This document shows, in pieces, positions 37,301 to 49,119 of a DNA stretch of 64,000 nucleotides. Below the pieces are notes generated by a model, which made no database searches, was not told the DNA's origin, and worked only from the letters and a program-made list of their open reading frames with translations. Origin of the DNA: Octopus sinensis (taxonomy: Eukaryota). The stretch is from NCBI RefSeq assembly GCF_006345805.1, contig NC_042998.1, forward strand, positions 197,098,001 through 197,162,000. The letters are read 5' to 3'. The translations under genes and the position numbers were made by a program. Each line of letters opens with the position of its first letter. Within the stretch, counting starts at the first letter, position 1.

Positions 37301-37610
37301 AAAGACTTAAAAGATGATCAGAACTCGTGTGTTGTCATCTGACAGAGCAACAGAATTATCTAGAATCAGTAGAGCAATGCCAGATAAAATATTTAATGGT
37401 TTTTAGACATATCCCTTTATCCTCAGAAACTCAAATTCTGCCAGGTTGAACTTTCCTTTCATCACTCCTAGTTAATAAGTACGTGTAAACAACTTGACTG
37501 TATCTCCATCTTCCTAAAAAGTGTGGCAATGGGATTAAGTTATAGATATTATGTGTTAATTGTAAGTAATTGTCTTCATACATAATAAACGGCAGTGATT
37601 ATCTTTTCAG

Positions 37611-37657
37611 ATCGATCAATGTCTGAACGTGAAAAGGCTGAGGACAAAGCAGAAATG
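37611..37657 (+). CDS. Exon 7 (DRSMSEREKAEDKAEM)
   Basis: Acceptor attatcttttcAG, weak donor GTGTGT, 47 nt, phase 1 to 0 bridging exons 6 and 8. Confidence 0.65.
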
Positions 37658-37665
37658 GTGTGTAA

Positions 37666-38067
37666 TCTTCTTTATATATAAAAGTAAGGTTGTGTGTCTG
37701 TCTACTCCAAATTAGATTCCTAACTACTCCCACATTTTGCGGTGCAGTGTAACCAAAACCGGGTATCTTATAGTCGTGATTCATATCGAGCCCTTCTCGG
37801 TATTAGCGCGCATCTACGATGAGTCTACGATTTAGAAAAAAATTTACCATCATTTTTTCCCATTTTTAATGCCTTTTTTGCTATTATATAAGGGAAGTAA
37901 CTCTCTAAAAATGTATTATTAAATCTCAGAACGTAAAAAGCTACAGTAACACCCCCCCCCCCTTTGTGGTTAGCCATATTGAGATGGCTATTATACTTTA
38001 CGTCTCTAAAAATGCTTATATAGTTATTTCCCTTACAAACCCGAGCAACGCCGGGCGATACTGCTAG
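37666..38067 (+). mobile_element. Helitron-like family A
   Basis: A|TC start; cccgagcaacgccggg hairpin then CTAG|T end. Confidence 0.8.
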
Positions 38068-38299
38068 TAAATTATATAAATTTACTTTATATATTGGCCT
38101 CCACCAACCACATGGACATATCTACTCCCACTACCACAGCACTTCACTGACTTATCTACCCACTTTAACTGACAACAGTACCTCACTACCAAAGCTACCC
38201 ATACTTCTACCCAGTAACATCTTGCTATGGCCACCTCCATCCACTAACACCTTATTTAACTATCCTGCTATACAATGTGCCATTGTGACCTTTTTGTCA

Positions 38300-38508
38300 T
38301 ATCATCATCATCATCATCGTTTAACGATTTTGACTGAGGGCTGGCAAACCAGATGGCCGCACCAGGCTCCAATCTTGATCTGGCAGAGTTCCTACAGCTG
38401 GATGCCCTTCCTAACGCCAACCACTCTGAGAGTGTAGTGAGTGCTTTTTACATGCCACCGACATGGGGGCCAGTCAGGCGATACTGGCAATGACCTCGCT
38501 CGAATCTT
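38300..38508 (-). mobile_element. Family R SINE
   Basis: Reverse RTE-type tail. Confidence 0.8.
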
Positions 38509-38579
38509 TTTATATATATATAAGGCAAAGATGATGTCAATTATACAGTCAAACTACAACAATCAGATATATCTTTTTC

Positions 38580-38978
38580 ATTACTCTTTACTCTTTTACT
38601 CTTTTACTTGTTTCAGTCATTTGACTGCAGCCATGCTGGAGCACCGCCTTTAGTCGAGCAAATCGACCCTGGGACTTATTCTTTGTAGGTCCAGTACTTA
38701 TGCTATCGGTCTCTTTTGCCGAACCGCTAAGTGACGGGACGTAAACACACCAGCATTGGTTGTCAAGCAATGCTAGGGGGACAAACACAGACACACAAAC
38801 ACACACACATACATATATACGACGGGCTTCTTTCAGTTTCCGTCTACCAAATCCACTCACAAGGCATTGGTCGGCCCGGGGCTATAGCAGAAGACACTTG
38901 CCCAAGATGCCACGCAGTGGGACTGAACCCGGAACCATGTGGTTGGTTAGCAAGCTACTTACCACACAGCCACTCCTA
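38580..38978 (-). mobile_element. Family O SINE, full length
   Basis: As other copies. Confidence 0.85.
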
Positions 38979-39319
38979 CTTTAATTGTGTGATATAACTT
39001 TAATTGTGTGAAGAAATACATTGCTATGAGCTGCTCAAAATTCCCATTAATTTAAAGTCAAATTTTCTCCTATTGAGGTACTCAGAAAATATTTCTTCTT
39101 GGCTTGGCCATAGTACTTACCTCTTTCTCTTAAATGTCTGGGAATGACAAATGTAAAACTAAATTTGTGATATTTATGCCTTTTGTAAGTTCATTAGTTA
39201 TGTAAGCAGAAAAGACTGCAACCTGGAATGAAATGCAGATTAAAAAACCTTGCTCACCAGAAGGTTTTCTCATATAAAAGGAGCTGGTGTGGGTGCATAA
39301 TATATATATATGTGTGTGT

Positions 39320-39550
39320 AAGGCGGCGAGCTGGCAGAAACGTTAGCACGCCGGGTGAAATGCTTAGCGGTATTTCATCTGCCGTTATGTTTTGAGTTCG
39401 AATTCCGCCGAGGTCGACTTTGCCTTTCATCCTTTCGGGGTTGATAAATTAAGTACCAGTTACGTACTGGGTCGATGTAATCGACTTAATCTGATTGTCT
39501 GTCCTCGTTTGTCCTCTCTGTGTTTAGCCCCTTGTGGGTAATAAAGAAAC
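39320..39550 (+). mobile_element. Family M SINE
   Basis: Full head and tail. Confidence 0.85.
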
Positions 39551-39565
39551 AAATATATATATATA

Positions 39566-39884
39566 CATGTGGCACATAAAAACACCATCCGAGCGTGGCC
39601 GTCTGCCAGCCTTGTCTGGCACCTGTGTCGGTGGCACATAAAAAACACCATCCGAGCGTGGCCGTTCGCCAGCCTCGTCTGGCACCTGTGTTGGTGGCAC
39701 ATAAAATCACCCACTACACTCTCGGAGTGGTTGGCGTTAGGAAGGGCATCCAGCTGTAGAAACACTGCCAGATCTGACTGGGCCTGGTGCAGCCTTCGGG
39801 CTCCCCAGACCCCAGTTGAACCGTCCAACCCATGCTAGCATGGAAAACGGACGCTAAATGATGATGATGATGATGATGATGATG
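39566..39884 (+). mobile_element. Family R SINE
   Basis: Two internal units plus tail. Confidence 0.85.
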
Positions 39885-39971
39885 TAACAGAAAATAAACA
39901 ATTTCTTGTTATAATTTATGACAAACTTTTTGTAAATGCTTTTTATAAAAATTCTATTCCATTTATTTCAG

Positions 39972-40168
39972 TTTCCAAATCTTGCACTTCCTGGATGGCA
40001 GAAATCAAAACTGTACAATATCTGTAAAAAATTATTCGAGGAACCAGCTTTTAAACTTCCTTTAGATGTAGATTGGAATGCTGTCTTTGAGCATTTAATT
40101 TCCATGCTAGATTCCAAAGAATTTCCACTTTTCTCAACAGCTTGCAAGTATATAGTTGAATTAAACAA
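39972..40168 (+). CDS. Exon 8 (FPNLALPGWQKSKLYNICKKLFEEP...ACKYIVELN)
   Basis: Acceptor atttatttcAG, donor GTAAGG, 197 nt, phase 0 to 2; inside ORF 39936-40172. Confidence 0.85.
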
Positions 40169-40178
40169 GTAAGGATTT

Positions 40179-40360
40179 GTTTCTTTATTATCCACAAGGG
40201 GCTAAACATAGAGGGGACAAACAAGGATAGACAAACAGATTAAGTCGATTACATCGACCCTAGTGCATAACTGGTACTTAATTTATCGACCCTGAAAGGA
40301 TGAAAGGCAAAGTCGACCTCAGCGGAATTTGAACTCAGAACGTAATGGCAGACGAAATAT
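40179..40360 (-). mobile_element. Family M SINE, headless, antisense
   Basis: Reverse complement of the family M body; begins 10 nt into the intron after exon 8. Confidence 0.85.
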
Positions 40361-40439
40361 GGCGTTAACTCTCTCATTACTTGTATTCCTGAACAGAATA
40401 TAGGATGCAATATTTGTTTTGACATAGCCTGCTTTACTA

Positions 40440-40864
40440 ACCTTGGATCATAGAGTGACCCGCTGTTCTTGAGGAGACCTGTTGAGTCAAGTACATCAAC
40501 ATCAAAATAAAAATTCAAATGGAAATTGTAGTTAAGACACCCGTGCTGGTGACACGTTAAAAGCACCGCTCAAACATAGCAGATGCCAGCGCCGCCTGAC
40601 TGGCGTCCGTGTTGGTGACACGTAAAAGCACCAACCAATCATAGCCGTTTGCCAGCCTCCTCTGGCCCCTGTGCCGGTGGCATGTAAAAAACACCCACTA
40701 CACTCATGGAGTGGTTGGTGTTAGGAAGGGCATCCAGCTGTAGAAACACTGCCAGATCAGACTGGAGCCTGGTGCAGCCTCCTGGCTTCCCAGACCCCGA
40801 TTGAACTGTCCAACCCGTGCTAGCACGGAAAACGGACATTAAATGACGATGATGATGATGATGA
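40440..40864 (+). mobile_element. Family R SINE including 5' region
   Basis: 5' block cttgaggagacct...gagtcaagt...aaatggaaattgtag shared with 61990-62648. Confidence 0.85.
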
Positions 40865-41184
40865 ATGGTTGCTACTGATAAATAGCTTTCTCATCCTTTT
40901 ATTCTTTTACTTATCCTCTACCTACATCTTCTGGGCTTATTCCATCTGCATCTATTCCTCTGTGGAGTGCTGCCTCTAAGTTTGCAGACTTTAATAGCTG
41001 ATGGTTACTCTGACATATACTGCAACCAAAAGCTATTTAATTGAACCTTCTTTCACTCATCCTCAACAGTTTCCCCCAGCCAACTCTTGTGGTTGGTTAG
41101 CAAGCTACTTATCACACAGCCACTCCTGTGTATAGTGCAACAAACTGGTAGAATTGTTACTGCACTGGACAAAATGCTTTTCGT

Positions 41185-41790
41185 TTGTGTTCTATTTGTG
41201 TCGGTCATTAGACTGTGACCATATTGGGGGTGCAGTCTTGAGGAATTTTAGTCAAACGAATCCACCCCAGCACTTAGTTATTTAAACCTGGTACTTTTTC
41301 TATCAGTCTTTTGCCAAACCGTTAAGTTATAGGGATATAAACAAACTAACAATTGTTGTCAAGCATTGGGGTGGGGACACACGCACGCACGCACGCACAT
41401 GCATGCATGCACGCACACACACACACACACACATACACACACTCACACACACACACACACACACTCACACTCACACTCACACTCACACTCACACTCACAC
41501 ACAGACACACACACACACACACACACATACACACACACAGACACACACACTCACATACACACACACTCACACACACACACACTCACACACACGCACTCAC
41601 ACACACACACTCACTCATACACACACACACAGCAAGCTTCTTTCGGGTTCTATCTACCAATCCAATCACAAGGCTTTGATTGGTTACAGTAAACACTTGC
41701 CCCTAAAGTGCCACACAGTGAGACTGAACCCAGAACCATGTAATTGGGGAGCAAACTTATTATCACATAGCCACACCCATGCCTACTGTA
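41185..41790 (-). mobile_element. Older family O-like SINE with linker expanded to ~250 bp of (CA/CT)n
   Basis: Diverged tail and head around the CA tract at 41378-41630. Confidence 0.7.
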
Positions 41791-41972
41791 ATCAACAGCA
41801 TTTCTTTTAGCTTTACATTCTGAGTTCAAATTCTGCCAAGGTCGATTGCCTTTCATCCTTTTGGAGTTGATAGAAAAAGTACCATTTTAGTATTGGGGTC
41901 AATGTAATTGACTAGCCCTTTCTCCCACAATTGCAGGTGTTGTACCTATAGTAGAATGGGTATAATTATAAC

Positions 41973-42464
41973 GGACGTTATACAGCATCTGAGACATACA
42001 GCATCTCGAAAGAGTCCAGAAGCTGGGTACCCGCATGGTTCTTGGTCTCAAGCATTTGTCTTATGAAGAAAGGCTGAAAACGCTCGACCTTTATTCTCTA
42101 GAAAAAACGACGACGCTGTGGTGATCTCATTCTTGCTCACAACATAGTAAGCGGAAAGTGTAACCTCTCGAAAGAGCTGTTCTTCACTCCTGCTCCAGAG
42201 CGTTGGCTGCGGGGTCACTCCGAAAAGCTCTATCTGCGACGATTTCATCTCAATCGAAGGAGAGAGGCTTTCTCCGTCCGGGTTGCAGATCTGTGGAATA
42301 AGCTGCCGGACGAGATAGTGAAGATGCCGACAACCACTCGGTTCAAAGTCTCCCTTGACCACAAGTGGCCTGAACTCTTTACATGAACACCACCCTCTAC
42401 ATAACTCCATGTCCCCCTACATGGCCTTGCTTTTTGCTTTTTGAGCCAAAAAATTAACTAACTA
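41973..42464 (+). mobile_element. CR1-clade LINE 3' fragment
   Basis: LERVQKLGTRMVLGLKHLSYEERLKTLDLYSLEKRR...WNKLPDEIV...KWPELFT stop; (TAAC)n tail. Confidence 0.9.
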
Positions 42465-43284
42465 ACTAGCTCTTTCTCCCACAATTGCAGGTGTTGTACC
42501 TATAGTAGAACAAATATAATTATAACTGCATAAAGTCCTCAGGTGTTCTAATAGGTAGAGTTATATTGTGTCACAAACAAAAGGCTATAATCATAGGTAA
42601 AGCCATTTTGCAGTAAATAACACCCACAGAGGGAAATAATCCAGCACTGCTAATAGAAGTGGCACAGAAAATTGATGAATGTTTCACTGGATTTTAGTTA
42701 GGAGTTCAAGCCCTAGTGTACACACTAACCATCATAAAAATACTAAAAAAGAAAAAGTAAAGCTATTTTTTTTTAAAACTCCATCACTATTTCTCCAGAG
42801 TGCATTACTAATGGAATTACTTGAATAACTTTCATTTTTGGATTTGGTTTGCAAGATTCTTTATATGAGTTCGTGTGTTGAAGCATATTCTGTTGTGTCT
42901 GGGGAGAGTCATTTTCTTTTTGTGCCTTTTAATTTAACATTCTCACTGGTAAAATTTCCACTTATTTCTTATTTCAATTTTCCTAAAATTTTCGTTGCGT
43001 CTTGCAACCTTTTCAATAGTTTTGACTCATTGCAAGATGCAATGAAAATTTTAGGACAATAAAAATAAGAAAAAAGTGGAAATTTTATGGGTAAGTGTGT
43101 TACATAATAAGGCACAAAAAGAAAATGACTCTCCCCAGACATAATTGTATAATTTTCTTTTTATCCAAAATGTTTTAACTTTACTCATATAATATTTTGT
43201 TTTATTCATATTTCTGTATTTTTCGAGGCCCCCTAAACAATTCTTCCAAAGATCTTCAATTAAACAATATGAATTTGTAGTTTG

Positions 43285-43614
43285 TGATACCAGTGCCGGT
43301 GGCACATAAGAGAACCGTCCGAACGTGGCCGTAGCCAGCACCACATTGACTGGCCTCCATGCTGGTGGCACGTAAAAAGCACCATCCGAGCGTGGCCGTT
43401 TGCCAGCCTCGTCTGGCACCTGTGTCGGTGGCACATAAAAAGCACCCACTACACTCACGGAGTGGTTGGCGTTAGGAAGGGCATCCAGCTATAGAAACAC
43501 CGCCAGATCTGACTGGCCTGGTGCAGCCTTCAGGCTTCCCAGACCCCAGTTAAACCGTCCAACCCATGCTAGCATGGAAAGCGGACGTTAAACGATGATG
43601 ATGATGATGATGAT
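43285..43614 (+). mobile_element. Family R SINE
   Basis: Internal units plus tail. Confidence 0.85.
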
Positions 43615-44262
43615 TAGAACATTCCTTTCCTGACTATAATGGGGGAGAATTTGTCAAAGAACATAATTATTAAAAAACTGTAAACTGTAAAACTGCAGAC
43701 AGATTTAGTACTGAAAGTCTGTTCTGTCTACCAGAATTAGGCTGTTCAGTAGCAACATAATTTTTCATACAAGGAATTTTGCAGTGTATCTACCGATTCT
43801 TCTCAGTGTAGTGTATTTGAAAACCTGGTGCTGCATAGAGTAAGACATCGCACTGCTCACAGACACACAGTGTTTCGATGCAGTCAGTACCACTTCCCCT
43901 CTGCAAGGAGTTAAACAATATTTACTGGGAAGGCGGCGAGCTGGCAGAAACCTTAGCATGCCGGGCGAAATGCGTAGCCGTATTTCGTCTGCCGTTCAGC
44001 TGTTCAGACTCCAATTGTCTGTTATAGCATGGTTTCTACTGCTGGATGCCCTTCCTAATGCCAACCACTTAAGAGTTTGCTGGGTGCGTTTTACATGCCA
44101 CTGGCATGGGTGCATTAGGATATATTTTTCTCAGGCATATAATTAGTTTGACACAAAAATCAACCCCTTTTTTTTTTTTTTTTTTTTGGAAAAGAAAAAA
44201 AAATATTATTTAATGTGAGAGAAAAATTAAAATTTTGTTTTTTCTTGTGTGTGCTTGTACAG

Positions 44263-44437
44263 TAGCCGCGCTGTTTCTGATGACCACAGGAAAGATATAG
44301 GCGTCAAACTTTACTCAAGGCTGAAACCAAGGGAAGATCCCAATATCAAGATTGCTTCGTTAAAAACTATTGGAGCTATGGATATAAGAAGAGAGCAAGA
44401 TTATGGCTTGATCAGAGAGAACATAGATTCTGATGAT
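44263..44437 (+). CDS. Exon 9 (SRAVSDDHRKDIGVKLYSRLKPREDPNIKIASLKTIGAM...ENIDSDD), HEAT-like
   Basis: Acceptor gtgcttgtacAG, donor GTAAGT, 175 nt, phase 2 to 0. Confidence 0.85.
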
Positions 44438-44486
44438 GTAAGTTGCAACTTCTATTCTTTAATATTGTCAGGGTAAACTTGAATAA

Positions 44487-44828
44487 TGAAGGCGCATGGC
44501 TCAGTGGTTAGAGCGTCGAGCTTACGATCGTGAGGTTGTGAGCTCGAATCCTGGACCGGGCTGCGTGTTGTGTTCTTGAGCAAGGCACTTTATTTCACGT
44601 TGCTCCAGTTCACTCAGCTGTAGAAATGAGTTGCGACGTCACTGGTGCCAAGCTGCATCGACCTTTGTCTTTCCCTTGGATAACACTGGTGGCGTGGAGA
44701 GGGGAGGCTGGTATGCATGGGCGACTACTGGTCTTCCATAAACAACCTTGCCCGGACTTGTGCCTGGGAGGATAACTTTCTAGGTGCAATCCCATGGTCA
44801 TTCATGACCGAAGGGGGTCTTTTTTTTT
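44487..44828 (+). mobile_element. Full-length tRNA-derived CORE-like SINE with poly-T tail
   Basis: A box tggctcagtggttagagcg, B box gctcgaatcc, cttgagcaaggcactt block; 13-bp TSD taaacttgaataa (44474-44486, 44829-44841). Confidence 0.85.
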
Positions 44829-45014
44829 TAAACTTGAATAAGAACTATGAGGTGTAAAATCTGAAAAACAGCTGAGAAATGGGTGAGTGTGAAAGACAGT
44901 GAGGCAACAGGGTATCTATATGACAGCAGGGGGGTAGGTAAACGGCTGGTATGAAGGGGAAACTATGTGAGAGCAAGGAGGTGGGTAATTCTGGGAAATA
45001 AATGAATAAATAGG

Positions 45015-45177
45015 GGCAGGAGCGGCTGTGTGGTAAGTAGCTTGCTAACCAACCACATGGTTCCGGGTTCAGTCCCACTGCGTGGCATCTTGGGCAAGTG
45101 TCTTCTGCTATAGCTCCGGGCCGACCAATGCCTTGTGAGTAGATTTGGTAGACGGAAACTGAAAGAAGCCTGTCGTA

Positions 45178-45209
<32 letters not shown>

Positions 45210-45380
45210 GGCGCAGGAGTGGCTGTGTGGTAAGTAGCTTGCTAACCAACCACATGGTTCCGGGTTCAGTCCCACTGCGTGGCATCTTGGGCAAGTGTCT
45301 TCTGCTATAGCTCCGGGCTGACCAATGCCTTGTGAGTGGATTTGGTAGACGGAAACTGAAAGAAGCCTGTCGTATATATG

Positions 45381-45417
<37 letters not shown>

Positions 45418-45625
45418 ATGTGTGTCTGTGTTTGTCCCCCTAGCATTGCTTGACAACCAATGCTGGTGTGTTTACGTCCCCGTCACTTAGCGGTTCGGCA
45501 AAAGAGACCGATAGAATAAGTACTGGGCTTACAAAGAATAAGTCCTGGGATCGATTTGGTCGACTAAAGGCGGCGGTGCTCCAGCATGGCCGCAGTCAAA
45601 TGACTGAAACAAGTAAAAGAGTAAA
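45015..45625 (+). mobile_element. Family O SINE: extra 5' half followed by a full copy
   Basis: Head region occurs twice (45015, ~45208), separated by (TA)n. Confidence 0.85.
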
Positions 45626-45669
45626 CCTTTAATGACAAAAGCCTGGGGTATAACAGGTGATATCTGTGC

Positions 45670-45875
45670 AGTGAAAGGTACAAATCTGAAGATGGTTGAT
45701 GACTTTACCTACCTGGGAAGTAACATTAGTTCAACAGATAAGAATGTCCAGGTAAGGAATGCAAAAGCATGAAATGTCCTTGACAAACACAGAATTATAT
45801 GGAAGTCCTCCCTCCCTGACAACATGAAGAATACTTTCTTCAAAGCAGTTGTTGAGACAATACTTCTATACAGTT
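45670..45875 (+). mobile_element. RTE-like LINE RT C-terminal fragment
   Basis: VDDFTYLGSNISS...IWKSSLPDNMKNTFFKAVVETILLY. Confidence 0.75.
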
Positions 45876-46009
45876 TCTTTGAAAAGAAATTTGGCAGCAC
45901 ATTTATGAGAAGGTTATATGCAGGAGAGTTTTATGTATTAAGACAACCATTATAAGACAATACATAAGTGAAAGATTAAAATTTTAATCCATTTTCGGAA
46001 TTGATTTTA

Positions 46010-46768
46010 TCTCTTCTATATAAAAGGCAGTTTGTTTGTCTGTGTGTCTGTCAGGTTGTACCCTTACCCTGACCATGGCTTTCAACCGATTCTGATGAAA
46101 CTTGACACATACATAGCCCAATGTCATAATTCAAAACTAACGCAGTGAAAATTTTGAAAAGTTCCCTCAGTTCTGAAAAACATCGATAAATTCGACATGG
46201 GGTCGAGAATCTAAGCTTATCATATGCAACACATTTTCCGTTGTAGTTTTCGCAACTTGCAATCGATTTTCACCAAACTCATGGTGAAGCTTAATGTTAC
46301 CCTAAGGAACTTAATTCTGACGTTAGTTTTCCATGCAATACCTTACCATCAGAAAAAATCGATAAAATCAGTCCATTTTGGGAAATCGCGTTCAAATTCA
46401 AGATGACATATTTTCGACAATATCTTTAACAAATTGGCAGGAAATTTTTTTGAAATTCACAGCGAGCATCATGTCTTCCCCAAGGAGCTATATGGCCCTT
46501 TTGATTCCAATAGGATACATTATTACTGGAAAAAATCGGTTAATTACATCATATATGGCACACATAGCAAACCGATTTTTCTGCGATATTTTTTGAAAGT
46601 TCACATAGATTTTCCCTACTTCTTCATGCATGCAAGGGAACGGTGCCTTTTAGGCTTCATTTTACAAAATAACGGTTCAATGAGTACAAAAAAGGGTAAA
46701 AAGGTAAAGGGCATTGCTTATCGACAAAGTTTCTTGCATACCCGGGCAACGCCGGGCTATGCTGCTAG
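46010..46768 (+). mobile_element. Non-autonomous Helitron-like element, family B
   Basis: A|TC...tatataaaag start; cccgggcaacgccggg hairpin then CTAG|T end. Confidence 0.75.
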
Positions 46769-46894
46769 TAAAGCTATAAATAGCAGCATGTAAATATTGG
46801 GCTGTAAAATATGATGGAAAAAATTGATGGCAGCCTTTGAGTTTTTCTATCCAAAAGGACTTCCGAACCCAATATTTACATTTATCAAATTCAA

Positions 46895-47428
46895 TGACTG
46901 GCATCCGTGCTAGCGGGGTGCAAAGAGCACCATACGAGGGTGATCGTTGACAGAGCGGATAACCAGCTTCCATTCCAGTGGCACATAAAAAGGCACCATT
47001 CGAATGTGATCGTTACCAGCACCACCTTACTGGCACTTGTGCCCGAGCTAGTAGGGTGCTAAGAGCACCATCCAAGTGTGATCATTGCCAGAGCAGCCAA
47101 CTGGCTTCCATGCCGGTGGCGCGTAAAAGGGCACCATTCGAGCATGATCGTTACCAACGTCGCCTTACTGGCACCTGTGCCAGTGGCATGCATAAAAAGA
47201 TTCGAGCGAGGTCGTTGCTAATACCGCCAGACTGACCCCCGTGCCAGTGGCATGTAAAAAGCACCCACTACACTCTCGGAGTGGTTGGCATTAGGAAGGG
47301 CATCCAGCTGTAGAAACTCTGCCAGATCAAGATTGGAGCCTGGAGTGGCCCTCTGGTTCGTCAGCCCTCAGTCAATCGTCCAACCCATGCTAGCATGGAA
47401 AGTGGACGTTAAACGATGATGATGATGA
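46895..47428 (+). mobile_element. Family R SINE
   Basis: Closely resembles 3455-3988. Confidence 0.85.
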
Positions 47429-47550
47429 TAGCTTCACATATACTTCGAAAACCAATTCCAAAAAATGGATTATTTCACATTCTCTTGAAAGTTTACACAT
47501 TTCTCATGTCAAAAAAAAATTTAATGTTTCTCTATTTTGTTTATTGGCAG

Positions 47551-47625
47551 ATTGATGTGTCTACGGCTGCAGTGGAGCTGAAGAAATTATTCAAAATTCC
47601 GGATGAAGTCAAAGAGGAACCAAAG
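47551..47625 (+). CDS. Exon 10 (IDVSTAAVELKKLFKIPDEVKEEPK)
   Basis: Acceptor tattttgtttattggcAG, donor GTAAAT, 75 nt, phase 0 to 0; joining to exon 9 gives LIRENIDSDDIDVSTAAVELKKL, a HEAT-like D-x-DV-x-x-AA pattern. Confidence 0.8.
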
Positions 47626-47684
47626 GTAAATAATAGTGTACAAGAGACAGATGTGTGGAATATGGAGAGAATAAGGATAGTATG

Positions 47685-48072
47685 GATGGAAACACTCCGT
47701 CGGTTACGACGACGAGGGTTCTGGTTGATCCGAATCAACGGAACAGCCTGCTCGTGAAATTAACGTGTAAGTGGCTGAGCACTCCACAGACACATGTACC
47801 CTTAACGTAGTTCTCGGGGATATTCAGCGTGACACAGAGAGTGACAAGGCCGGCCCTTTGAAATACAGGTACAACAGTTACAGGAAGTAAGAGTGAGAGA
47901 AAGTTGTGGTGAAAGAGTACAGCAGGGATCACCACCATCCCCTGCCGGAGCCTCGTGGAGCTTTTAGGTGTTTTCGCTCAATAAACACTCACAACGCTTG
48001 GTCTGGGAATCGAAACTGCGATCCAATGACCGCGAGTCCGCTGCCCTAACCACTGGGCCATTGCGCCTCCGC
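47685..48072 (-). mobile_element. Full-length tRNA-derived SINE (distinct family)
   Basis: Minus-strand head ggaggcgcaatggcccagtggttagggcagcg...gtttcgattccc; 12-bp TSD aaggatagtatg (47673-47684, 48073-48084). Confidence 0.85.
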
Positions 48073-49119
48073 AAGGATAGTATGACCTGTTGGTTGTGTG
48101 ATGATTTCTTATATGAGAGGCTGAACACAAGGGAGCTAAAAAAGCTGTGTTGGTGGTGGTGTTTCACCCTAATTAAGTGGTGTCAGCCCTAATTAAGAAG
48201 AATTATGATCAAAGGTTTTCCTGCTGCAAGCTTTCCTGTCCTTTTGTGTATCATACTTCACTTTCCAGTTTATCTTTTTTTATTTACAAGCATGGAGCGT
48301 TATTGTGGTGGTGATGGTGGTGAGATTTGGCTATTATTTCTAGCAGGCCAATCCACCTTCTCTTCTATATTACCAGTAACCACGGATTTTTTTTTACAGT
48401 AAGGAACCTCTTCAGTTCTAGCCTTTTCTCTCTTACTTTAACTCCCTATCTTGTTGCATAAAGTTACCTCTCTCTCTCTCTTCTCTAACCCCACTCAGTC
48501 AAAGGGATATTTGTCTTGCCGCCTGCCTGACAACCTCACTAGTGCTGGTGCTAGGAAGGGCATTCAGCCATAGACACCATGCCAAAGCAGGCACGGGAGC
48601 ATGATACAGTTCTTGGACTCATCGGATCTTGTCAAATTGTCTAAACCCATGCTAGCATGGTACCCAAAACCTCACAGTTTTGGGTTCAGGTTCCATTGTA
48701 TGGTACCTGGGCAAGTATCTTCTGCTGTAGCCCAGGGCTGACCAAAGCCTTGTGACTGGATTTGTTGGATGGAAATTGAAAAACACCCAGTGAGTGTGTG
48801 TGTGTGTTTGTGTGTGTGTGAGACCTTTGACATTGCTAAGTACAAATGGTGCCATTTATTTCCCATCTTCTGTAAAGACATATCTAATCATGGTGAAATA
48901 TTATCTTGCATGGAAACAGGTGATGGTTGGTGACTGGAAGAGCGTTTGGCTGTAGAAACTCTGCTTCTTTGAATTCCATCTGATTCAGGCAAATATGGAA
49001 AAGCAGATGTTAAAATGACGAAAGAACAAAAGTGGATTCAATGTAAACTTGGCTAACACTAAGCAGGAAAGAAGGATTTGTGTACCCTTGCTAAATGTGC
49101 AGAAAAGCAGGAGGGAGAT

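Noticed and set aside
44487-44570. tRNA genes at SINE heads (also 48000-48072)
   Set aside because: A and B boxes are present, but the heads continue into SINE bodies with TSDs and lack an acceptor stem.
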